DNA of 64,000 nt from assembly GCA_963695555.1 (NCBI GenBank), contig CAVOGR010000001.1:1-64000 (forward strand), given 5' to 3'. Positions 55,683 through 64,000 of this stretch are shown here, in pieces. Below the pieces are notes generated by a model that saw nothing but the letters and a program-made list of their open reading frames with translations, did no database searches and had not been told where the DNA came from. The translations under genes were made by a program, and so were the position numbers. Each line of letters starts with the position of its first letter. The first letter of the stretch is position 1. The stretch is from an uncultured Gemmatimonadales bacterium (lineage in GTDB: Bacteria; Gemmatimonadota; Gemmatimonadetes; Gemmatimonadales; GWC2-71-9).

Positions 55683-56870
55683 ATGCTCAAGGTCACCCCG
55701 TTCCATCCGCGGACAGCGGCCCTGTCGCAGGGCATGGCCTGGCGCCGGTGGGCGGGGCACACGGTCTTGAGTTCGTACGAGCTCTACCACGATCGGGAGT
55801 ACTCCGCGATCCGGAACACCGCGGCCCTGATCGACGTCTCCCCGCTCTACAAGTACGCCATCACCGGGCCGGACGCGGCGCGCTTGCTCGATCGCGTGTT
55901 GCCCCGGGACATGACCAAGGCCCAACTCTACCAGGTGTTGTACACTCCGTGGTGTGACACCGCCGGCAAGGTGATCGACGACGGCACGGTGTCGCGTCTT
56001 GCCGACCAGGAGTTCCGCCTCACCGCGGCCGATCCCAACCTCCGGTGGCTCTACCAGAATGCGGTGGGCATGGATGTCACCATCGACGACGTGTCCGATA
56101 CGATCGGCGCAGTCTCGCTCCAAGGTCCGACCTCGCGCGACATCTTGAAGACCCTCACCGACGCCGATCTGGACGGCCTGCGGTTCTTCCGCCTGACCCA
56201 CGCATCCATCAGGGGAATTCCCGTCACCATCTCCCGGACCGGGTACACCGGCGACCTCGGTTACGAAATCTGGGTCGACGCAGGCCGCGCCCTCGAGTTA
56301 TGGGACGCGCTGATCCACGGTGGGGAGGACTACGGGATCACCCCGGCTGGCATCCTGGCGTTGGATGTCGCACGCATCGAGGCCGGCCTGTTGATGATCG
56401 AGGTCGACTACGTGTCGGCGCACCGCGCGCTGATCGAAGCCCAGAAGTCCTCGCCGTACGAACTCGGCCTGGGTTGGACGGTGAGCGTGGAGAAGGGCCC
56501 GTTCATAGGGCAATCGGCGCTGGCCGACGAACTCCGGCGGGGTCCTGCCTGGCAGTTTCGCGGAATCGAAGTTGCTTGGGAATCGCTCGAGCAACTCTAC
56601 GCCGAGGTAGGCCTGCCTCCGAAAATCCCGACCGTGGCATGGCGGACCAGCGCACCGATCTACGTCCAGGGTGTTCAAGTTGGGTACGCGACCAGTGGGT
56701 GCTGGTCGCCGCTCCTCAAGAAGTACATCGCGATGGCGCATCTCGAAGCCGGCTATGCGCAGGCGGGCACACCGGTGCACATGGAAGTGACGGTCGAGCA
56801 CCGGCGGAAAGAGGCCAAGGCAAGCGTGGCGAAGCTGCCCTTTCTGGACCTCGACAGGAAGCGAGCCTGA
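55683..56870 (+). CDS. GcvT-like aminomethyltransferase-family protein
   Basis: LIDVSPL, GKVIDDG, LQGP, SRTGYTGDLGYEIW, RIEAG. Confidence 0.9.
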   Translation: MLKVTPFHPRTAALSQGMAWRRWAGHTVLSSYELYHDREYSAIRNTAALIDVSPLYKYAITGPDAARLLDRVLPRDMTKAQLYQVLYTPWCDTAGKVIDDGTVSRLADQEFRLTAADPNLRWLYQNAVGMDVTIDDVSDTIGAVSLQGPTSRDILKTLTDADLDGLRFFRLTHASIRGIPVTISRTGYTGDLGYEIWVDAGRALELWDALIHGGEDYGITPAGILALDVARIEAGLLMIEVDYVSAHRALIEAQKSSPYELGLGWTVSVEKGPFIGQSALADELRRGPAWQFRGIEVAWESLEQLYAEVGLPPKIPTVAWRTSAPIYVQGVQVGYATSGCWSPLLKKYIAMAHLEAGYAQAGTPVHMEVTVEHRRKEAKASVAKLPFLDLDRKRA

Positions 56871-56871
56871 C

Positions 56872-58461
56872 ATGGCCACGCGCTCGGTGAGCTCGTACGA
56901 CGCGATCGTCATCGGCGGCGGCCACAACGGCCTAATCACGGCCGCATATCTCGCGAGGGCAGGCAAGCGCGTCGTGGTGCTCGAACGAAGGCATGTGGTG
57001 GGTGGCGCCGCGGTGAGCGAGGAAGTGTTCCCCGGCTTCACGTTTTCCGTCCTTTCCTACGTCGTGAGCCTGCTCCGGCCGGAGATTATCCGCGACCTCG
57101 AGTTACCGCGTCACGGCCTGCAGATCCTTCCGCTCGAAAGCACGCTGACCCCGCTTCCCAATGGAGACTACTTCGCCGCCTGGGCCGACCACGATCAGGC
57201 GCGCCAGGAACTCTACCGACACTCGCCGAAGGACGCTGAGGCGTACGACGAGTTCGGCCGGCTGATGCATCATATGGCCATGGCCGTCAAGCCGATCTTG
57301 GGCATGATCCCGCCCGATCCTACTTCGCTCAGTCCGAAGGACCTGCTCGGCTTGGTGCGGCTAGGGCGGCACTTCCACGGCTTGGGTGACGAGAAGTTCT
57401 ATGCCTTGTTCAAACTGATGACCATGAGTGCGGCCGATTTCCTGGAGGAGTGGTTCGAATGCGAGCCGCTCAAGGCCACGAAGTCGGCCAGCGGAATCAT
57501 CGGGACCTTCCTTGGGCCGCGATCGCCGGGGACGGCCTACGTCCTGCTCCACCACTACATGGGGGAGATCGACGGCGCCTTTCGGGCCTGGGGGTTTGCG
57601 AAGGGTGGAACGGGCGGCATCAGCGAAGCCATTGCCAGCGCGGCCCGAGCCTTTGGAGCGGAGGTACGCACCGAGGCCGACGTGGCTCAGGTCATCGTCA
57701 CGCATGGGCGCGCGACCGGAGTAGCCCTGGCCGACGGCACCGAGCTCACGGCGAAGGTCGTCGTCTCGTCGCTCGACCCGAATCTCACGTTTCTCAAGTT
57801 GCTCGATCCCCGCGAGCTTCCCGACGACCTCGTCCAGGGCGTCCGACAATTCCGGTTCCGGGGATCGTCCGGCAAGGTGAACCTCGCCTTGAGCGAGTTG
57901 CCGAACTTCACCTGCATGCCCGGCCGCGGCCCCCACTTACGGGGTGCCATCTCGATCAGCCCGAGTATCGATTACCTCGAACGCGCGTATGACGACGCCA
58001 AGTACGGCGAGTTTTCGCGACGCCCGTACATGGATGTCATCATCCCGTCGATGATCGATCCGAACATGGCGCCTCCAGGGCGCCACGTCATGTCGTGCTT
58101 CGTGCAGTACGCGCCCTATCAGCTGAATGGCGGGTGGAACGACGCCAAACGAGAGGCCTTCGGCGATGCCGTGGTCGACACGCTGGCGGAATACGCGCCC
58201 AATCTGAAGTCGGCGATCCTGCACCGCCAAGTGGTCACCCCGAAAGACATCGAGGACATGGTGGGGCTCACCGAGGGGAACATCTTCCAGGGTGAGCTTG
58301 CACTCCAGCAGCTGTTCTTTCTCCGTCCCGTGCCGCAGTGGGCCAAGTACCGCACCCCGGTCAAGCAGTTCTACCAATGTGGGTCGGGTACCCATCCGGG
58401 CGGCGGCATCATGGGCGCCTCGGGGCGCCTGGCCGCAGTCGAGATCCTGCGGGATTGGTAG
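56872..58461 (+). CDS. Phytoene-dehydrogenase-like FAD oxidoreductase
   Basis: IGGGHNGL, LERR..VGGA, CGSGTHPGGG. Confidence 0.9.
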   Translation: MATRSVSSYDAIVIGGGHNGLITAAYLARAGKRVVVLERRHVVGGAAVSEEVFPGFTFSVLSYVVSLLRPEIIRDLELPRHGLQILPLESTLTPLPNGDYFAAWADHDQARQELYRHSPKDAEAYDEFGRLMHHMAMAVKPILGMIPPDPTSLSPKDLLGLVRLGRHFHGLGDEKFYALFKLMTMSAADFLEEWFECEPLKATKSASGIIGTFLGPRSPGTAYVLLHHYMGEIDGAFRAWGFAKGGTGGISEAIASAARAFGAEVRTEADVAQVIVTHGRATGVALADGTELTAKVVVSSLDPNLTFLKLLDPRELPDDLVQGVRQFRFRGSSGKVNLALSELPNFTCMPGRGPHLRGAISISPSIDYLERAYDDAKYGEFSRRPYMDVIIPSMIDPNMAPPGRHVMSCFVQYAPYQLNGGWNDAKREAFGDAVVDTLAEYAPNLKSAILHRQVVTPKDIEDMVGLTEGNIFQGELALQQLFFLRPVPQWAKYRTPVKQFYQCGSGTHPGGGIMGASGRLAAVEILRDW

Positions 58462-58468
58462 CCGAGCC

Positions 58469-60064
58469 ATGAGCCAACCGTTCGATACGATCGTCATCGG
58501 CGCCGGGGTCAGCGAGCTGGTTGCCGCTAATTATTTGGCGAAGGCCGGACAACGGGTGCTGGTGCTCGAAGAACACGACGAGTTGGGTGGGGTACACGTG
58601 ACCGAGGAAACCATCTCCGGTTTCCGGTTCGATACCGGTGCCAGCGACATCGGATACTGCAATCCGCAGATCATTCAGGACCTCGAGCTCGTGAGACACG
58701 GGCTCGACATTCTCTCGGTCGAACCCACTGTCTTCTCGCCGGTAGAGAACGGAGACGGGCTCCTGCTCGGCAAGGGTGCCGACACGGTGGCCGCCATCGC
58801 GCGCCTGTCGACGGTGGATGCCAGCAAGTGGCTGACATTCAGCGAACGCATGGCTCGGCTGGCGCAGTTCCTCTGGTTGCTCTATAGCGAGGCGCCCCCG
58901 TTGCCGACCAGCAAGGATCGGAACGACCTGCTGGCGCTTCTCGGTATCGGTCGCCGGCTCCGTGGGCTCGGCAAGGTCGGCATGCTCGAGTTCCTGCGAA
59001 CCGTCCCGATGCCGGTGGCGGACCTCCTGGACGACTGGTTCGAGAACGATGCCCTGAAGGGAACCCTCGGCGCTGCCGGCGTGTCGCACATCTTCCAGGG
59101 CCCCAAGTCGGCGGGCACGGCCTTCGTGATGCTCCATCACCTGGTGGGACAGGGTGCCGGCGCGGTCCGTTCGAGAACCGTCCTCCGGGGTGGGGTCGGC
59201 ATGCTGGCGGCCGCACTCGCCCGTGCGCTAACGGAAAGGGGCGGCGAGCTCCGCACCGGCTGCGGCGTTGAGCGGATTCAGGTTCACACAGGCCAGGTGC
59301 GCGGCGTCGTGACACGGGGCGGTGAGGAGATACCCGGCACGAGGGTCGTGTGTGGCGCCGATCCGAAGCGGACGTTTCTGGAGTTGGTCGATCCGGTGCA
59401 TTCAGACCCGGAGTTTCTCCGGCAGATCCAGCACATCAAATTGCATGGCAGTGCCGCCAAGGTGAACCTGGCGCTGGGAGAATTGCCTGATTTCGGCTGC
59501 CCCGAAACGCATCTCCGGGGGACAATCTCGATCGCCCCGAGCCTCGAGCACCTGGAGCGCGCGTACGACGATGCGAAGCACGGTCGTATTGCTCGGAATC
59601 CCTACCTCGACGTATCGATCCCGTCGTTGACCGACCCGAGCTTGGCCCCGCCAGGCAAGCACGTCATGTCGGTGTGGATGCAGTACGCTCCCTATCGGCT
59701 TCGCGACGGCTCGGCATGGGACTCGCACACCCGTGAAGCACTGGGCAAGCAGGTGATCGAGACGCTCGCGCGTTATGCACCCAATCTTCCCGGCGCGATC
59801 ATCGACCGGCAGGTGCTCACCCCTGCGGACCTGGAGGCGCGGTTCGGCCTCACCGAGGGTCACCTGTACCAGGGCGATTTGACGCTGGATCAGATCTTGT
59901 TCATGCGGCCGGTGCCCGGCTGGTCGCGCTATGCGACCCCGATCGATGGTTTGTTGCTCTGTGGTGCCGCGACCCACCCCGGAGGCGGAATCACGGGCAT
60001 GTCCGGGTATCTGGCAGCCCGTCAGGTGTCGAGGCCGTCCAAAAAACGCCCGGTCCCGTCCTAG
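58469..60064 (+). CDS. Second phytoene-dehydrogenase-like oxidoreductase (paralogue)
   Basis: IGAGVSEL, LERAYDDAK, CGAATHPGGG. Confidence 0.9.
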   Translation: MSQPFDTIVIGAGVSELVAANYLAKAGQRVLVLEEHDELGGVHVTEETISGFRFDTGASDIGYCNPQIIQDLELVRHGLDILSVEPTVFSPVENGDGLLLGKGADTVAAIARLSTVDASKWLTFSERMARLAQFLWLLYSEAPPLPTSKDRNDLLALLGIGRRLRGLGKVGMLEFLRTVPMPVADLLDDWFENDALKGTLGAAGVSHIFQGPKSAGTAFVMLHHLVGQGAGAVRSRTVLRGGVGMLAAALARALTERGGELRTGCGVERIQVHTGQVRGVVTRGGEEIPGTRVVCGADPKRTFLELVDPVHSDPEFLRQIQHIKLHGSAAKVNLALGELPDFGCPETHLRGTISIAPSLEHLERAYDDAKHGRIARNPYLDVSIPSLTDPSLAPPGKHVMSVWMQYAPYRLRDGSAWDSHTREALGKQVIETLARYAPNLPGAIIDRQVLTPADLEARFGLTEGHLYQGDLTLDQILFMRPVPGWSRYATPIDGLLLCGAATHPGGGITGMSGYLAARQVSRPSKKRPVPS

Positions 60065-60103
60065 CGCTTCGGTCCACGCACAACTCCAAGATCCAACATA
60101 CGG

Positions 60104-60709
60104 TCAACCGCCCTGGGCTCTGGATTCGTCGCCCCAGGGCGGAATGAAGTCCTCGGACTCGACGCCGAGCGCGTCAGCGATCCGGGTGATGTAGTTGAAG
60201 TAGGCGATGACCTGGGTCGCGTCGTGGATGGCGGTGTCATCGAAACCATGGCTCCGCAGGCCGTCGACGTCCGCGGGCGTCATATGGTGCTGGTCGCGCG
60301 TCAGCTTGGCGGCGAATTCGCACAGGGCCCGGTCGGCGACCGCAAGCGGCGCCGTGCGCCAGTTTCTGACAACGGCATGGACGAAGGCGTCGGCCTCGGC
60401 GGCCTTCTCGTACTCCTCGGCGACCTCGGCACGGAGGTCGTGCGCGTGCGCCTGAATTCAGTAATGGCAGCCCAGCTCGGCGGAGACGGCCACAGCCAGG
60501 AGTTCGCGCTGGGCCCGGGTGAGTGGGGAGCGACCGAACATGATCGCCGCATAGACATCCATGCTGGCTTTCATGATTCGCGGGTTGAGGCTCATGATTT
60601 GGACGATGTGCCACACGCGTCCAGCCCGCTTGATGGCCGCGTCGAACTGTCGTTTGAGCGGGCCCTCCGCGTCCCCAACGTCGATCTGGGAAATCCAGGG
60701 CATTGGCAT
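60104..60709 (-). CDS. AhpD/peroxidase-related protein with in-frame UGA (candidate selenocysteine, CxxU)
   Basis: LTRAQRELLAVAVSAELGCHY-TGA-IQAH; the same frame continues through FAAKLT, LRSHGFDD, AYFNYITRIADALGV to TGA 60104-60106. Confidence 0.85.
60421..60440 (-). promoter_or_regulatory. Candidate bacterial SECIS hairpin
   Basis: CGACCUC-CGUGCC-GAGGUCG starting 17 nt after the UGA. Confidence 0.6.
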
Positions 60710-60842
60710 ACGTCCAGGCTGGTGTGCGGTGCTTGTGGCCGGGGCTCACGGTCTTCAGATTCAATTCACCCGGTTTTCACCCGCTCCTGTGCTTATTAGT
60801 CTTGGGAGTGTGTGTAGTCTAACCATGTGGCAATGAGCTGAC

Positions 60843-61079
60843 ATGTCAACTCACGACACGCCCGCGACTTACACGAGAGAAGAGGCGGCGGTCATTCGGG
60901 CCGAGGCGCTGGACGGCGGTAGTCCAATCTGTCCCCGCTGCAACACGGCGCTGATCCTCCGTACTCCCGTAGCCTTGGACGAGATAACCGTCCAGGAAAT
61001 CTCCTGCCCGATGTGCCACCGCTGCGTGATCCTTCGGGAGGGAGAATTCGGGATCCGGAAACGGGGGGTCAAGGGGTAG
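60843..61079 (+). CDS. Small zinc-ribbon protein
   Basis: CPRC...CPMC. Confidence 0.55.
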   Translation: MSTHDTPATYTREEAAVIRAEALDGGSPICPRCNTALILRTPVALDEITVQEISCPMCHRCVILREGEFGIRKRGVKG

Positions 61080-61134
61080 GAGGGAGGCCAGGCGTCGTCA
61101 CCGGTCCCCTCGCTCCTACCCGGCTTCCATCGCC

Positions 61135-63330
61135 GTGACCCAGACGACCTCCTCTGAGTTCTCAGGCCTCGAGCGCGCGCTGGCCGGCCGGTACGCGATC
61201 GAGCGTGAGCTGGGCCGCGGCGGCATGGCCGTGGTCTACTTGGCCCGCGACCTCAAGCATGGCCGCCAGGTGGCCATCAAGGTGCTGCGGCCCGAGGTTG
61301 CGGCCGCCGTCGGTCCGGAACGCTTCCTCCGCGAAATCGAGATCGCGGCCAAGCTCACCCATCCCCATATCCTGCCGCTGTACGACTCTGGTGAGGTGGA
61401 GGGCTTTCTTCACTACGTCATGCCGTTTGTCGAGGGTCAATCCCTGCGCCAGAGGCTCGAACAGGACACCCAGCTTCCAGTTGCCGAGGCACTTCGGCTT
61501 GCATGCGAGGTGGCCGAGGCATTGGACTACGCGCATAGTCAGGGAGTGGTACACCGGGACATCAAACCCGAGAACATTTTGCTGGAACGCAGCCATGCGA
61601 TCGTGGCCGACTTTGGGGTGGCGCGGGCCGTCACCGAATCGGTCGGCCATCGCCTGACGGAAACCGGCCGAACCGTGGGCACACCGGCCTACATGAGCCC
61701 CGAGCAGGCGAGTGCAGAGGAGGTCATCGACGGGCGCAGCGATCAGTATGCCCTGGGGTGTGTGCTCTACGAAATGCTCGGCGGGCAGCCCCCCTTCGTG
61801 GCACCCTCGGCACGAGCCGTTCTCGCCCGGCACATGATTGATGTGGTGCCCTCGCTCACCGCCTTGCGCCCGGACTTGCCGCGACACGTGAGCCGGGCCG
61901 TCACCCGCGCGCTCGCGAAGGAGAAGGCGGATCGCTTTCCTACCCTTGGCGATTTTGCCGCCGCACTGCGCGACGAGCAGGCGTCGGCCGCGGGACCTCG
62001 GACGATATCCATTGCGGTGCTCCCGCTCACCAATCTGAGCAGCGATTCAGAAAAGGAGTACCTGAGCGACGGCCTCAGCGAGGAGATCATCAACGCGCTC
62101 ACCAAGATCAAGGGTCTCCAGGTGGCCGCCCGGACCTCCTCATTCGCGTTCAAGGGCACCCGCGAGGACATTCGCACCGTGGGACGGAAGCTGAACGTGC
62201 AGAGTGTGCTCGAGGGGAGCGTCCGGATGGTGGGTAACCGGCTCCGGGTCTCGGCACAACTGATCAACGTGGCCGATGGGTACCATCTCTGGTCGGAGCG
62301 ATACGATCGTGAAATGGAAGACGTCTTCGTGATCCAGGACGAGATTGCGGAGAACATCGTCCGTGCCTTGCGTGGGGTGCTGACCAAGGATGAAGAGCGT
62401 GCGATTGCCGCCGCGCGCACCGCGAACGTCGAGGCCTACGTGCATTATTTGCGCGGACGGCAGCACTTCCGCCGATTTCAGCACAAAGCGCTGGAGTATG
62501 CCCGAGATATGTTTGTCCAGGCGATCGCGATCGATCCCGAGTACGCGCGCGCCTTTGCCGGCATGGCCGACTGCTATTCATTTTTGTACATGTACTTCGA
62601 TGCCAGTGCCTCCAACTTAGAGCAGGCCTTCACGGCCAGCCGGCGGGCGCTCGAGCTCGATCCGGAGCTAGCCGAGGCGCATGCGGCGCGCGGCCTTGCG
62701 GTGAGCCTGAGCAAACGGTACGACGAGGCGGAGCACGAATTCGAGACCGCGATTCGGCTCGATCCCCAGTTGTTCGAGGCCAAGTATTTCTTCGCGCGCA
62801 CGCGGTTTCACGAAGGAAAGTTTGCGGAGTCCGCTCATCTCTTCGAGCAAGCCTGCGACATCCGCGACGACTATCAAGCGCGGCTCCTAGCGGCGCAATC
62901 GTATGCTGCGATGGGGAACGATGCCAAGGCGCGCGCCGCCTATGAACGAGCGCTGGGTGTCATCGAGCAGCACCTGGAGCTCAATCCGGGTGACGCCCGG
63001 GCGGTGACCCTGGGTGCCGGGGTCCTCATGCGGCTCGATCGGGGGGAAGAAGGCGTGAAGTGGGCCGACCGCGCTCTGACGATCGACCCGAACGATGCGG
63101 TGGTGCTCTATGCGATTGCGTGCGCGTACAGCGTGCACGGGCTCACGGACCAGGCGTTGGATCTGCTGGAGCGAGCGCTCACGAGCGGGTTCGGCGACCT
63201 CGAATGGATTGGCAACGATCCCGACCTCAACGCCATTCGTGCTGACCCGCGCTACGAGGCATTGATGCGGAAGGCGGCCGGTGGTTTCGAATCGACCAGG
63301 GCCCATGCCGAGGACGATGGGAACCACTGA
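61135..63330 (+). CDS. Ser/Thr protein kinase with TolB-N-like and TPR domains
   Basis: GRGGMAVVY, VAIK, HRDIKPEN, DFG, GTPAYMSPEQ; SIAVLPL...GLSEEII; TPR units. Confidence 0.95.
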   Translation: MTQTTSSEFSGLERALAGRYAIERELGRGGMAVVYLARDLKHGRQVAIKVLRPEVAAAVGPERFLREIEIAAKLTHPHILPLYDSGEVEGFLHYVMPFVEGQSLRQRLEQDTQLPVAEALRLACEVAEALDYAHSQGVVHRDIKPENILLERSHAIVADFGVARAVTESVGHRLTETGRTVGTPAYMSPEQASAEEVIDGRSDQYALGCVLYEMLGGQPPFVAPSARAVLARHMIDVVPSLTALRPDLPRHVSRAVTRALAKEKADRFPTLGDFAAALRDEQASAAGPRTISIAVLPLTNLSSDSEKEYLSDGLSEEIINALTKIKGLQVAARTSSFAFKGTREDIRTVGRKLNVQSVLEGSVRMVGNRLRVSAQLINVADGYHLWSERYDREMEDVFVIQDEIAENIVRALRGVLTKDEERAIAAARTANVEAYVHYLRGRQHFRRFQHKALEYARDMFVQAIAIDPEYARAFAGMADCYSFLYMYFDASASNLEQAFTASRRALELDPELAEAHAARGLAVSLSKRYDEAEHEFETAIRLDPQLFEAKYFFARTRFHEGKFAESAHLFEQACDIRDDYQARLLAAQSYAAMGNDAKARAAYERALGVIEQHLELNPGDARAVTLGAGVLMRLDRGEEGVKWADRALTIDPNDAVVLYAIACAYSVHGLTDQALDLLERALTSGFGDLEWIGNDPDLNAIRADPRYEALMRKAAGGFESTRAHAEDDGNH

Positions 63331-64000
63331 GACGCCGGAGTTCCCGGCCTTCCAGGCGGCGATGGCCAGCCGCTACGCGTTCGAGCGCGAGCTGGGCCGC
63401 GGCGGCATGGCCGTGGTGTACCTGGCGCGTGATCTCAAGCATGGCCGCCAGGTCGCCATCAAGGTGCTCCGGCCCGAAGTTGCGGCCGCCGTCGGTCCGG
63501 ACCGCTTCCTCCGCGAGATCGAGATCGCAGCCAAACTGACCCATCCCCACATCCTGCCGCTTCACGACTCCGGTGAGGCCAATGGATTCCTCTACTATGT
63601 AATGCCGTTCGTCGCGGGCGAATCCTTGAGAACCAAGCTGAAGCGGGAGCGAAGACTCTCGCTCGACGAGGCCCTGGACATCGCCTGCGATGTGGCCGGC
63701 GCGCTCGACTATGCTCATGGCCGCGGTGTGGTGCATCGGGACATCAAGCCCGAGAACATCCTGCTCGAGGAAGGACACGCGGTCGTGGCCGACTTCGGTG
63801 TGGCGCTCGCGGTGACTGAGTCCGTCGGACCGGCACTCACGGAAACCGGCCGGACCGTGGGCACACCCGAGTACATGAGCCCCGAGCAGGCCTGTGCCGA
63901 GGAGGTCATCGACGGACGCAGCGACCTCTACGCCCTCGGTTGCGTCATGTATGAAATGCTGGGAGGGCAGCCGCCATTCGTCGCGCCCACGGCCCGGGCG
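63317..64000 (+). CDS. Second Ser/Thr kinase, 3'-truncated by the window edge
   Basis: MGTTETPEF...ELGRGGMAVVY...HRDIKPEN...DFG...GTPEYMSPEQ; overlaps the previous stop. Confidence 0.9.
   Translation, partial: MGTTETPEFPAFQAAMASRYAFERELGRGGMAVVYLARDLKHGRQVAIKVLRPEVAAAVGPDRFLREIEIAAKLTHPHILPLHDSGEANGFLYYVMPFVAGESLRTKLKRERRLSLDEALDIACDVAGALDYAHGRGVVHRDIKPENILLEEGHAVVADFGVALAVTESVGPALTETGRTVGTPEYMSPEQACAEEVIDGRSDLYALGCVMYEMLGGQPPFVAPTARA

Noticed and set aside
56872..60064. Carotenoid biosynthesis (crtI) cluster
   Set aside because: There are no crtB, crtE or crtY neighbours; the context is a GcvT-like gene.

Overview
GC-rich bacterial window, probably Gemmatimonadota (inferred from the tandem Ser/Thr kinase-TPR genes, M28/S9 peptidases, DUF5916 protein and many small lipoproteins). 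Several conserved genes carry single-base frameshifts, most likely sequencing indels. Left end: an AddA/UvrD-type helicase-nuclease, then a lower-GC accessory patch (2.5-5.6 kb). Next come four toxin-antitoxin-like modules (7.6-12 kb), furA-katG, duplicated lipoprotein genes, peptidases, cytochrome c peroxidase, a RES-type TA pair, pdxH, photolyase, psuK/psuG, leuB, DPP-IV, a GcvT-like gene with two FAD oxidoreductases, an AhpD-like selenoprotein candidate (CHY-UGA plus hairpin) and two kinases. The most unusual content is non-coding. (1) Eleven 118-121 bp elements with asymmetric palindromic ends (TGTCATCCCGAG...GGGATCTC), plus one 507 bp copy whose same ends enclose an intact GIY-YIG nuclease gene: a candidate autonomous/non-autonomous family. 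(2) Polarised heptamer tracts (GGAGT-AG/GA/AA/GG)n that frame many intergenic regions and supply the stop codon and C-terminal residues of at least ten genes. No rRNA, tRNA, CRISPR array or recognisable transposase was seen.
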